Origin: Lingula anatina
Taxonomy: Eukaryota > Animalia > Brachiopoda
Direction of reading: 5' to 3'
Length of the DNA: 64,000 bases
NCBI GenBank assembly: GCA_051362555.1
Contig: CM120644.1
Coordinates: forward strand, 318,954-382,953
A program made the position numbers and the translations under genes. Under the pieces are notes generated by a model, which worked only from the letters and a program-made list of their open reading frames with translations, had not been told where the DNA came from and did not search any database. Within the stretch, counting starts at the first letter, position 1. Each line of letters starts with the position of its first letter. Below, piece by piece: positions 11,697 through 23,900 of this stretch.

Positions 11697-14423
11697 GATA
11701 CATACATACATTTTATCGTTCATTTCTCCATCCTTTCTTGCCTCATCAAAACTTCCTCCATTATCCATTTATCTTTTCGTTTATTCCAGATTTTGCGCTC
11801 ACGTGCATCTTTTTCTTCATCTTGTCTGTTCTATACGAAGGCCTGAAATCTTTTAGAGAATACCTTAACCACCGGTATGCCGGCAGTGTGGGGGAGAAGT
11901 ACACCTGTCAAAATGGCGGCGGCGGGTATGACACAAACATCAAGAAGCCAAAAGGAGGGTAAGACTGGGCTCCCATACCTACAGGATCGATCCATCTCCA
12001 AAATGTCTCTCGCTAAATTGCTTTCAGCTTAAGCGGCTTAGATGTCTAAAGCTGCTTCACGATAATTGATTGTCCCCTTGTAGCTTCAGTAGGTGTGACA
12101 GACATTTAAGCCGTTTAAGTTGATTGCAATTTAGCTAGAATCCAGTTGGAGATAGATCGATCCATAGTTAGTACAATAGGGTCTGGGAATGGTCCCTAAG
12201 ATCGCATGACAACATTTGTTTTGTTACTGTGATGGTTTTATTGTACAACTAAAATCAAAATGATTTTTGCCCAATGTGTCGATGTATGTCCTGCCGCATT
12301 CTTCAGAAAATAGCGCCCAAGGTTGATTGAAGACGCCATCATAGTATCTGAGTGTTTAACACTGCTGATGAAGTTTTTAGTTAGCATGGTATTTTGATCT
12401 AAAACCCACTCAAATGATAAAATGGGTATATTCATTGAGGATAAAAGTAATAGAAAAAATGGTAATAGAATAGGCGTTCGTGCTGACTTTGTATGACAGG
12501 TAATACAGGTAAAGTAATCACACCTGTGACCTCTCACCTGACACTGTCACATATAAGCCAGAAATGTTGAGGTATGCCATGACATTCTGTGAAGAAGTCA
12601 GCGTCTGCTACTACCTCGTCCTGTCACTTGTCCCAAATTAACTGTTCTTTACTGCAGATAAAGATTTATATTCAAGACCGACGTCGCGTTTTTTAAACCG
12701 AAGTATAACTTCTTTTAGATAAAAAAGATGTAAATGGGAATCATGTGCAATTATTGGAAAGCTAACCACGTTTATAACTTAACCTGAGCATAGGGGCATG
12801 CCATTAATGTGTTTATTTGAAGATTAGTACTCCGGTCACGTCACTTTTTCATTTCTTTACTATGTAGGACGTAAGGGGCCATTCAGTATGAAAAGAATCG
12901 AGTGCTAGCTGGTCCACGGCCTCAATATGGCGGACCTACATGAAAGGAAGACTGCTTAATCCTGTAATGGTCTCTCCGCCTCTTTCATGCCTCCCCACAA
13001 GTTGTCCCTGCAGGGGCACAGTAATTGAATCTCGTCTCAATTCGACCGGTCGAGGGACGACGAGTGGGGAGTAGTTTGAGAGGCGGAGACACCATTACAG
13101 GATTAAGCGGTCTTCCATTCATATAGGTCCGCCATATTTAGGCCGTGGACCAGCTAGCACTCGGCTCTTCTCATTCTGAATGGCCCCTAAGACAACAGAC
13201 GACGAGTTGAAAAACATTCAGTACATTAGGGCTCATTCCCAGTGAAACTGTCGGTCTAATAAGCTCGATCCATACCGCGAGAACTCTGACTGCATGTAAT
13301 TGGTTTTTCTGTTGTTAAAACAGATTAACACGCCTCATCTTGTTTCAAACCTTCTAGCACAATTGCCAGTTTTTCTGTATTCTACTCAACCCCGGAGGCG
13401 TGTTAATCTGATTGCATTCAGCGAGAGTCTGCTCAGAGATGGATCGAACTACGTAGACCTAAAATATCTTTGGGAATAATTCCATAAACATCAAGTATTA
13501 ATGAGGTTAGTGTAAGGAGAGATCATAGCTGGGGATATCCCGTGCCTGCACCGTTCTAATGTATATCCATGGTGTAAATCAGCTCGCCTTCAGGGCAGAA
13601 ATAAGGGTCTGAGTATTGATAACAAACCTTTGAAAAAAATCCCAAAAAGAAGAAAAGAAGGAGGAATATATATTTTAGGGATCATTTAGAGTGTTCAGTG
13701 CAGTGTAGTGTACTTTACTGTAATACACACACTGGACAATAGAAGTGTCACCCCTACTGAACCAATACTATGGGGGAGATAAATGACTGTGGAATGATAT
13801 GCTCCTGGTATCATTTTATTAACAATAAATTTCACAAAAAGACCAACAATACAATTCCATGGTACAGCGGTTTTATACTCATTAGTCACATTATAAGTAG
13901 ACCAGGCATTATAAATTTGATTACTCTGATACAGGGGGTAGCACTTCTATTGTCCAGTGTGTGCAGAATAATCCGGAGCCTTTTCGAAGCCTCTGCTGAT
14001 TTCGACATCATGGAAATACTGCCGAGATCGAGAACTATTGCTTTTCTTTAAGCAAGGAGAGGCCTCACACCTTGGCAGGGGTGGGGGATGGGGGGGGGGT
14101 GGCAGGTATCACAGGTACTGCCACAGAGAGGGGAAGAGAGGGTTGAAGACAAACACGTCATTAAGTCGACTAGGGACCAGTGTAACCTCATCATGACCTC
14201 CACTGTTACTTTCAGGTGTGGAGCCCACATGTGTCGCTGCGTTCACTACCTCCAAGCGTTCCTCCACATCCTCCAAGTCTTCGTCAGTTACGTTCTAATG
14301 ATGGTCTTCATGCTGCTCAACGTGTGGCTGTGTGTGGCGGTGTGTGTGGGGGCGGGTGTCGGCTACCTGTTGTTTGGCTGGAGGCGGAGCGTTGTCAACG
14401 ACGAGAATGAACACTGTAACTAA
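10456..14423 (+). CDS. SLC31A1: High-affinity copper transporter, CTR/SLC31 family (join 10456-10836, 11266-11332, 11790-11958, 14216-14423; 274 aa)
   Basis: All introns GT-AG with continuous frame. Met/His-rich N-terminus; SFHVGFEEIILFREW; TM1 ...LYEGLK; TM2 MxxxM (MMVFM); TM3 GxxxG (GAGVG); C-terminal EHCN. CTR1 orthology is inferred from motifs only. Confidence 0.92.
11266..11332 (+). CDS. SLC31A1: CTR coding exon 2 (TSFHVGFEEIILFREWVTSNEW)
   Basis: TTTTTAG acceptor and A|GTAAGT donor; matches the CTR F-H-x-G...ILF..W motif. Confidence 0.9.
11790..11958 (+). CDS. SLC31A1: CTR coding exon 3 (TM1 and cytosolic loop)
   Basis: TTCCAG acceptor and GG|GTAAGA donor; FALTCIFFFILSVLYEGLKSFRE. Confidence 0.92.
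11963..12196. mobile_element. Palindromic PIF/Harbinger-like MITE (family A)
   Basis: TAA TSD (11960-11962, 12197-12199); internal foldback; close copy at 23022-23278. Confidence 0.8.
12875..13187. mobile_element. PIF/Harbinger (Tourist-like) MITE with ~105-bp TIRs
   Basis: GGGGCCATTCAG...CTGAATGGCCCC with long imperfect arms; TAA TSD (12872-12874, 13188-13190). Confidence 0.88.
13229..13483. mobile_element. Degenerate Harbinger-like palindromic MITE
   Basis: GGGCTCATTCCCA...TGGGAATAATTCC; internal CAGATTAACACGCCTC / GAGGCGTGTTAATCTG inverted pair. Confidence 0.6.
13726..13963. mobile_element. TIR-bounded non-autonomous element
   Basis: CACACACTGGACAATAGAAGTG...CACTTCTATTGTCCAGTGTGTG, a 22-bp perfect inverted repeat; no TSD recognised. 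Confidence 0.7.
14216..14423 (+). CDS. SLC31A1: CTR coding exon 4 (TM2, TM3, HCN tail)
   Basis: TTTCAG acceptor; HYLQAFLHILQVFVSYVLMMVFMLLNVWLCVAVCVGAGVGYLLFGW...EHCN*; AATAAA at 14844. Confidence 0.95.
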
Positions 14424-14491
14424 CCATACGCCGCCCTCTGATATCAAACCCCCACTAAAATACTGTAATGAACTACACAGGGGGCCACATT

Positions 14492-14600
14492 CAGTGGCGG
14501 ATTTAGAGGGGAAGTCAGGGGGGACCTGACCCCCCCCTTCCATTTCTGGTCTCCTCTTGAAATCATAATTTCGACTAGCTGAATCATAGTTTTAAACCTT
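14492..14600. mobile_element. Truncated CAGTGGCGGATTT-family MITE in the CTR 3' UTR
   Basis: Same 5' end and internal motifs as 15505-15801. Confidence 0.6.
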
Positions 14601-15504
14601 ACCGTACAGCGGATTGAGAGGGGGGGGGGGGGAGTCAGTGGGTCTCTCTAGCTGGGGGAAAGAAAGGAGAGAAAATGGCAAAGAAATAGCCAGAGAAAAT
14701 CTGTGAAAACCTAATGTAAAAAGTCTCTCTGTAAGCTTTGTGGAGGGTTAGTGCTTGCCACATATTTCCATTTCTGATTAAAATCATATAAGGCCTATCT
14801 GACATTATTATTCAAGAATGGTATATTTATCTGTATACCACGGAATAAATGAATTATATTTTAAACTTTTTAAAGAAAAAAGTTTTTGACTTATTCTTGT
14901 TATGAATTAAAGTTGGATTTAAACTTAATGAAAACACTCCAGCATCAGACCAATTTTATTCATAAAGGCAAGACTTCAAACAGGTGATTTTATTTCTCTA
15001 TCAAACATTTAATCTGCTTTACAGTTATCAAAATGAAAAAAAAAAAAAAACCAACCCAGAAAAGGCACCGGTATGGACTAGTGTAAACAGTCATGTGAAG
15101 TTGATACCAGTACATAATGTGAGACTTTCCTGACCCTGATGGAATATAATGCAGAAGCATCACACAACTATTAGACAAACTTGCCACAGACAGACACTTG
15201 TGCCATTGCGTTAGGTGAGACAAGTGCTGTGACGTGATGAGCAATCACTGCTGGATTGTGCTTGCGGAGCACATAAAGCGAGAAGAGTGTTATACGAGGG
15301 ATGGCAATATGTAATATTATCACATAAATAAATAACTAAATAAATATATGAGTAACTAAATAAATAAATAAATTGATTAATAAAATAAACCTCAACTCCT
15401 TGAATATTTTAATGGCGTTTAAAAAACTTTTCATCATCCCCCTGGTAAGCACTATTTAACAAGCACATATACAACAAAGCAGCTATAATCAATCACGTTC
15501 AGTA

Positions 15505-15801
15505 CAGTGGCGGATTTAGAGGGGGTTCAGGGGGCTCCTGACCCCCCTCCCCTTTGGTTTCCGAAAAAAAATAACAGTGATTCACACTAATATTCCCCTC
15601 TTGAAATTAGAGTTTTAACTAGCTGATTTATAGTTCTTAACCGTTCCAGATGGCACCGTTTGACCTTCAAAACACCAAAATATAATGGGGCCTTTCAGCG
15701 GGCCCCAAACCCCACCACAAGGGGCCTAGGGTCGGCTTCGAATCCGAGGCCTGTCATTCGTAAAAACACTGACCCCCTCTTCAAATCCTGGCTCTGCCCC
15801 T
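15505..15801. mobile_element. CAGTGGCGGATTT-family MITE (hAT-like)
   Basis: CAGTGGCGGATTTAGAGGGGG...AAATCCTGGCTCTGCCCCT; homologous to 6874-7156. Confidence 0.65.
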
Positions 15802-16847
15802 CTCTTATCCTGTCTTACTAACTGTATATCCCGTTCAGCAGCCAAATAGGTTTTTCTCAAAATTCGTATCGTTGCAATTGCTTTTACCCTTGGAAATAAT
15901 TCTTAATTTTGTCCATGTTTTACACGTTTGAAAGTTTTGAAATGATCCCTTCTTATAAGGGCTTGCTTTAACCTAACCGTCTCGGTGAGGGGGCCGCCTT
16001 TGATCCCATTGTGCTCTTTAACGTCATAGGTGAACCCAAACTAAACCTCAGCACAAAACGAAGTCACAGGGAAAAAAATTATCTAGAAACGTTCCGTGTC
16101 GGTTTCTCAAGCAAGGCCTCGTGTTCATTGTGAACTTCAACGATGATGATAAGACAATGTTTAGGGACTGGGGTTGCGCTTGATAAAATACATCTGTACG
16201 GCACTCGGGTTATCTACTGTAATGCAAATGCAAACATGTACAACTAAACTGGCCCTCTGCGTGACAAGATAGAAAGTTTCCATTTGATGTAAGACCTACC
16301 AACGAACTTCTGCGGCTCCGTGGTACTTCCGCGGTTTTAAACGCAGCTATACCCTTGTACGCGGGTTCGAATGCTAGAGTGTTTAAATACTGCAGTATTT
16401 TTGCTAGATATGAAATCTGAAAATTGCATTTTATTACTATAAGAAGTAAAACGTATATTCAGTGGGCGGGTGGGTCAGGCACAGCGCTGTCGTTGGCGTG
16501 CGTGGAAGAAACGGACAGTCAGGAGTTCCTGCAATCGGGAAGTCACGAACTGATGTTATTGTGACATCAAAGAGATTATTAAAAGTTTGTAAAACACGAT
16601 TTTAACCCTTATTTTCATTTATCAGTATGAAAAATAGGAAAACAAAATGATGAAAAATGATTTGGAAAAAAATATTCCGCTGATGAATTCAAGAAATTAA
16701 CAAGGGGGAACTTTGTCATTGTTGTGTCTACCTATACTTAATAAGTCTCCTCGCAAACGACACATTTCATGCCTACATGTATGATCTTCTCCCACGCGTA
16801 TATTCCTTCATGAAAATATTCCTTCCTAAAAAAATTCAAATAACGTC

Positions 16848-19800
16848 TGTTAAGATACTTCATGGTATATTACCACTTCATGGGATAAATGCTCTGATTT
16901 TACTGTCAAATCGACTTCATAGGATAAATTGCGACTTCATCTCCACATAAGATATTGCCTGCGACTTCATGGGATAATGGTGAAATAGTACCTGTTGTTG
17001 GCCCAACGCTATGAGAGAGAACGTTTTTGAAATATAATGTTTTTGTACTGTAAATATTATCCAAAATAGGTAAACTGTACGTTTTAATTCACTTGTAGAC
17101 CCTATGACTGAATAGGGTTTCTTTAGTGGTATTGGATGCATGTTTTGAGTGACTGAATAGGGTTTCTTTAGTGGTATTGGATGCATGTTTTGAGTAATTT
17201 TAAAATACACAGGCGTATGTAGGTGAGGATTCAGTATTTCTAAAAATCAGTACATTATGGGACATTATGGTGAGCGTTGAAAAAAAGGGGGTCCAGACCC
17301 CCTGGGCCCTCCCTTCCCAGATCCGCTTGATGCATAAAACTAATGGATCAGGTAAACCAGGCTATGAAAACATAATTTACGCATAGGTTACTGGATTATA
17401 AGACTAATTTTTCCATGAGGAAAGACGCGCAAGTGTAATGATTTACGTCTGTCCCTTGGTTTCCGAGATGCTCTGTTCTGGTCCTACACCTGTGAATGTC
17501 CATCATGATGTGATCAATGGTGTCCCCGAAATGTGCCCTTGGCTGGCTCTCATTTGACCCGAAAGTATTATCTGCGGCACAGTCTGCATTTGGAAACCTG
17601 TTAATAAGGCGTTCGGAGGGGGGGGGGGGGGGGGGGGGGTAGGCCTACTCGTTGTTTAGCAGCCTAACTAACGTAGTTGATCTGCGAGATCAACAGGCTT
17701 GTAGATTGATATTTATTGAGAATTGTGGTTGATTGTTATTGTGGTTGATTGTAATTTTTACATCTAATTTCTGCTATCGGGGCCCCTGCTATCTACCTTT
17801 AGTAGTGGGACTTTGCAGTCCCTTTTTTTTGGGGGGGGGGGGGGGGGGGTATATGTTTTTTATATCGTTGTTACTGGTATCCTCTATCCATTAAAGTGAG
17901 GAACATGAGACGTTGGGGATATTTAAACTTGCCATTAGGGATGTGCACGTGTCCTTCGGATTTTTGGCGACTTTGGTGACCTAGGGGTGGTTGATTATTA
18001 TCTTTAAATTGTATTTTCTGCTATATACCCATAGGTCTTTAGGTTGAGGAAACTAAAATGTCGGGGTGTGCATAGGCAGGGTTTTTTTTTGTGACCTGGG
18101 GTGTGGCTGTCCCTGGGGATGGTACACATATATATTACCGTAATTTATTTCATCTCCCCCTAGACCATTCGAATTAGGAACATGAGTCTTTGGTGAATGG
18201 GTGGGCTACATTAGTGTGACTTGGGGTGTGGCCGTCCCTAGGGGGTGGAGTGATTAGTGGTTTGTCAGGCAATGAAGCTGATTCCATAGATTGCACTTAA
18301 GATTCCTTGCAGAGTTGGACCGACCCAGCTAGTACTACATCCTATGTGTGAATCTGATGGCGGTTTTCGAGTTAGGAAGGAAGGGGAAATGTAGAGAAAG
18401 CAGCAGACAGTACTAAATAACAGGCCTTCAGTCGTATTCTTAAATATAGGTCAAGTTAATTAAAACCATTCAAGACCCCATACTCTCAGGAATCCTAGGG
18501 TCCAAGTCCCATTGTTCTTTAACATAAAACACACATGTTAATTACTGGGAAATAATTACTTGGGAAATAAACATTTTGTTTTGTGTTAAGACACAACAGC
18601 AGTCAAACGCTAGGATTCCTGATAGAGTGTGTGGGGCCTTGAATTAGTTTTTAATTGGATTCCCTGACCTATATTTATGCATATGGCTGGAAGTCCATTT
18701 AGTTCTGTATGTGCTTCTGCTGTTCTCTACATTTCTCAAGGACCCTTGCACATTCATTAAAATGACTGGTTCATCAATCTCCGTTTCATGTTCCTTAAAT
18801 TTTAAGGGTATAGATGGCAGAAATAAAGTTGTGAAAAACAGAATCAACCACCCCCCGGGATAGCCACACCTGAAATATCATACTAACATTCCCGGAAACC
18901 TATGCATATCCTCAATGGTAAGCTTATCAGCCCGGAAGGTTTCATGTTCCTAACTGTAATGGCGTAAGGGTAGAAGCACGAATAACGATGTAAAATTTAA
19001 AATCAACCTCCCCAGGGACGGCCACACCCAATGTCACAAAAACCCAGAAGGACCCATACACATCCCCAAAGACAGATTTTTCAGACCCCATAGCCTTACG
19101 TTCCCAGCTTTATTGGTCTTAAGGATAGATATAGCAGGAATAACAATGTCAATTAGACTCACCCCCCCCCCCCAGCCCCCCCCCCCCCCAAAAAAAAAAA
19201 AAAATCCGAAGTGCCCTTCCACATTCAAAATAGTATGTAGCCACGTTTCATGTTCCTAGCATAAAATCCGATGTAAAAATTAGAATAGACCACCCCCAGG
19301 GTCGACCACACCCCAAGTCACAATTGAATTCCGAAGAGCCTTTGCAAATTCCTATAATGATAGGTTTATTAATCCCCGACGTACCTGTATCAAGTTCTTA
19401 TCTATGATGGTTTAGGAAGTAACAATGTGAAATAGATTATGTATGTATAGAATGAATTGTCCACCACAGGGAAAGCTTGACCAATGTAAGCGTACCTAGC
19501 CGAGACAACCCCGTCCCCATTCCAATTTTACCTCTATAGAACTTCACACTAGCTATTTATTGACTATGAAAAAATTCTGGTTGCAAAATGCCTTCCGGTT
19601 GAAAAATTCGTTTTCACGATTTTCTTTGGTTGCAAAATGCGTTGCAGTTGCAAAATGCGGATCTACACCACTTTTATGAATCCCCAGTATTTCATTCTCC
19701 CCAACATCTATTTGGACAGTTGACCGTTTCAAATCATTCAGATTTCAGACTTTCCGACCTAAGCGTTTTCATTAAGTATATAGGCCAGGAGGTCAATCTT

Positions 19801-20673
19801 TTTAAACGACCGAGATATTTTCGAAACGTTTATGGTGCATATCAATAGAAAAGCCTATTTTTACAGCTTGTTATTGCAAGTCCTAACATTTATGTCATAG
19901 TTACAAAAGAGATACTTCTATAACACGAATAATGGAATAGACGGTTTGTTAAAGATATTAATGTACACCTAGTGTGGAGCAAAGCCTAGTAGAGTTCTCT
20001 ACCTACAGTGGAAAGACATACATTCTTGCTACTGTGTACTAGCCACATCTATAAACCTGCGCCGTCAATCAAACCACACATGGTCAGTTTTATGCCCTAG
20101 TTTAAAGGCAGGCAATGTGTTTATTTATACACTTCGTTTGTCTTATACATCTAGTGCCTTAGACCCGCCATGATTTAACGTCCAAATATTGTTAGTTTTT
20201 AATCGTCCTGAAATCTGAAAAAATCTCAAAACTAAATGGGTAAAACAAAAAACTAGCTTTATGCTTTCCGTCACTGGACCGGAGCTCTTGAAATAAAGTA
20301 CATTATTTATAGAAGTTAATTTCACGGGTATCTACGAGAACATCTGAAAATAACAGCTTCATTAAACTCCAACGAGATAAAATACGCACTATCATGAGTA
20401 ATGTTACTCCCCCCCCACACACACACACCCCATTTCAAATACACGCGTCACGCTGGAAATCATGGTCTAGAATGAAACTTCATATCGACCTTTACGCCTA
20501 ATTTCCACATCCAACCAGAACTGAAACATGTTTGGATACAATGTACCATGAAGTGGTAATATACTACGAAGTCTCCTAAGGGTCCTTATTTTTTAACCAA
20601 TGAAGTCGCCTTCTATCATGAAGTAGTAATTCTTATCCTATGAAGTGGTAATATACCATGAAGTATCTTAACA
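16848..20673. mobile_element. Large TIR-bounded / foldback non-autonomous element with nested inverted repeats
   Basis: 41-bp inverted repeat (16848-16888 vs 20633-20673, 40/41 identical) with subterminal CATGAAGT motifs; no long ORF inside. Confidence 0.65.
18464..18652. repeat. Central palindrome / MITE
   Basis: ATTCAAGACCCCATACTCTCAGGAATCCTAG...CTAGGATTCCTGATAGAGTGTGTGGGGCCTTGAAT. Confidence 0.75.
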
Positions 20674-20911
20674 AATGTCCGTGAGCGTGACAGGCTCAGA
20701 TAACTGCTAGACATTTCCCTTGTCACTGCAAATGACATAGAGTTGCTAATCAGGACGACCTTGACCTCACGAGCCTGCAGATCATGTGACAGTGACTGTG
20801 TCAACTAGAGAAGTTATATATTAGGTCTGTAGAGAGGTGGGTGGTCACATTTTACCCGGGAACTACCAGTGACTGGTTAAGCCGCGCCGGAGAGACTTCC
20901 AACCTTCCAAA

Positions 20912-23900
20912 ATGGTGAGTAAGAGTTCTGCCGCTAGAGAGAGATTCCTTCATGTTAAACTTGTTGTTTGTGCGGCACTTGATAAACGATCTTAATGAAA
21001 ACTGCGTGATCATTCAATATTTAGAGTATTAATGGCACGGGGCACGAGAAGCTGTATTGTTTCTCGTTAAAGCGCTCAAAGTTCACCCAAGAGACATTCG
21101 TGTCGTTTATATGATATTTTCTTTTCTAATTTGATGATAAATTGGGCGTTTGATGTATTACAGCTATTACACTAAATGTTTTCTGGTAAATCGTATTAGT
21201 ATGTAACTTTGCCAGTTAAAAAAAATAATAATTAAGATCCAGCGCTAAGGCACGGCTGCAAGACAAACTTACAGGTGACTCATAAACGTCATCTTTAGTG
21301 CGGTTTTGCAGCAAAGAAATCTTTATCAAGCCAGTCATCTGTAGTTGTAGTTCATTGTCATGTGGTATGTGTGGGACTTTGGCAACATTCCAGGGTTTGA
21401 GACAAGTTCCAAGATCTTGCTAAGCGTCTCTATAACAAGTTTCTCAGCTCAGATGTACCTGAGGGATGGCGAGTTTCTAGATGATATTTGCCTTCACTGG
21501 TTTAGTGGCCTTGTAAACGGTGGCATGCTCTGTTTGTTTTCGCTTCGCATGAAAATGGCATTTTTAAGCAGGGTTAGCAATTTTATTACTAATAACCTGA
21601 CACAACTTGCCATTAGACAACATTAAAGACTGGCTTAATATATGATACCTTACACACAGGATCGACCCCCATGCACAGTTGCTTTAAGATTTGTTCATTT
21701 ATTACTACAATTCCAGATTGTTGATTTACAATGGCGGGAAAATATTTAAAATCGCGAAATCCATCTAATTTATTCGTCATTGTCCATCCAATCAGGAGCA
21801 TCATTTATTACTTCACCATGTACCTGTAAATGAACGTGAAATATTATATTAAGCCACCAGCGCGTTCATCCCTTGGAGTATTTTCGTTGTTGGCGATCCA
21901 CTTAATGTGGGCGTTAGTCTCAGCATTATCTGAGTTCACATTGAATACCAACCCTATCTAGAACGCTGTGTACACACCTCCTCCACCAGGGAACGCCTTC
22001 CTGCTCTGGTCCATGAGGAGCTGCTGATAATTTACACACGACAAGGTGCTGATAATGTACACAGAACCAATAGAACTAATTATCTTTAATGCCTCCTTGT
22101 CAAACTTGTCCCCTAGCAAGGTATGATAAGCACCAGACTATCTTGGTTCGAGTCTTTACTTCTGCAAGGCTGATAAAAAAAAAAAAGAATATAAAAAAAA
22201 AATCAATAGAAATAAGAATGAAAAACGGTGAACCGGAATAAGATAACGTGGAACTGGATAAATAAACAAATAAATAAATAAATAAATGAATAAAAAAATA
22301 AATAAATAAGAACTCATTTTTGTTTCTTTCTATTTATTTATTTATTTTTGAAAGACCTGGCTCACACACCGTGGTGAACCCCGCTCCCCTGCATAACGAC
22401 ACGACTTAATGGAGATTTCATTCCAGTCACGTGTCACTCCCCATTTAACATCGTTTGTTTCTCTTTTAATTTCTTCTCTTATCGTAGACTTAATCTCATT
22501 CAAATACCAGTTGAATGAGCAACTGTAAGCATATCTTGACGGCTAAGATACGGTACGTGGTAAAAATAACTAATTTAAGTTCCGGTTACAAATTGCAAAG
22601 ATACCTCTTGTCTTCATAGTCAACTGTTTCCTGCTCGTCACTTAAAGGGATAATAACTCTTCGTTTCGGCCAAAAAATGAATTCTCCTGGAGTAAAAAAC
22701 AAATTTCCCATACTAACCAATGGTTAATGAATCAATTTTTACATTCAAAGTTAGTCCCTGGTTTTTTTCTAAAAAAGTTTTTTTGTTAAAATCTCTTAAG
22801 AGATTATAACAGAGTATAGCCATCAGTGGAGGTCACATGGTCTAAAAACAAGCTCAGATATCAGAATAATAGCTATAACTGCCGTTTTTGTGGTACAACA
22901 GAATATATTATATTGCTATGAGTTATTCACAATGTTTTTATTATGAAATATAGATCTCATACGAATAGTGATTATCCCTTTAATGTTTTACAACCGTGAA
23001 ACTAACATTGTGAGCACCTATGACTGGGTTCCCATAGATAGATCGATCTAACAGGATCGATCTCCAAGGGATTATCCCTAAATTGCTTTCAGCTTAAGCG
23101 GCTTAGATATCTGGCACGCCTACTGAAGCTGCTAAACGATAGTTTTAAAATTGCCCCTACCAGCTTCAGTAGGCGTGACAGACATCTAAGCCGCATAAGT
23201 TGATTGCAATTTAGCAATAGAGAGATAGATAGGAGATATATCCATCCACTCAGTACGATAGGGTCTGGGAATGGTCCCTATAAGTAAGCGGCTTTACTAG
23301 TATATAACAAGTCTGTCTCAAAATAGCTAAGAAAGTTGAAAAATATATAATATTCATAATTAAATAATTCTATGAATGCTTGGATCAACCGCCAACCCTA
23401 AATGGAGACAGACATATCGGTCTGTGTTTGTAACTGATTACAACACATATCTGCTGTCCTTTAGGTGTACTACGTGATTCGTAACTGATTACAACACATT
23501 ATGTCTGTTGTCATTTAGGTGTACTACGTGGTTCGTAACCGATTACGACACATTATGTCTGTTGTCCTTCAGGTGCATTACGTGATTCGTAACTGATTAC
23601 AACACATTATGTCTGTTGTCATTTAGGTGTACTACGTGGTTCGTAACCGATTACGACACATTATGTCTGTTGTCCTTCAGGTGCATTACGTGATTCGTAA
23701 CTGATTAAAATACATGTCTGTTGTCCTTCAGGTGCATTACGTGATTCGTAACTGATTACAACACATTATGTCTGTTGTCCTTTAGGTGCATTACGTGATT
23801 CGTAACTGATTACAACACATTATGTCTGTTGTCATTTAGGTGCATTACGTGATTCGTAACTGATTACAACACATTATGTCTGTTGTCCTTCAGGTGCATT

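Noticed and set aside
16311-16374. tRNA-like sequence with GGTTCGAAT B-box
   Set aside because: I could not build a convincing cloverleaf; at most a tRNA-derived SINE relic. tRNAscan-SE would decide.
17617-17640. Long G/C homopolymers (also 7118, 17831, 50757) as G-quadruplex signals
   Set aside because: Common throughout this genome and its repeats; homopolymer lengths are unreliable and there is no specific functional context.
21240-21900. Balanced-composition stretch in lectin intron 1 resembling decayed coding sequence on the minus strand
   Set aside because: Multiple stops and no recognisable motif; BLASTX would be needed.
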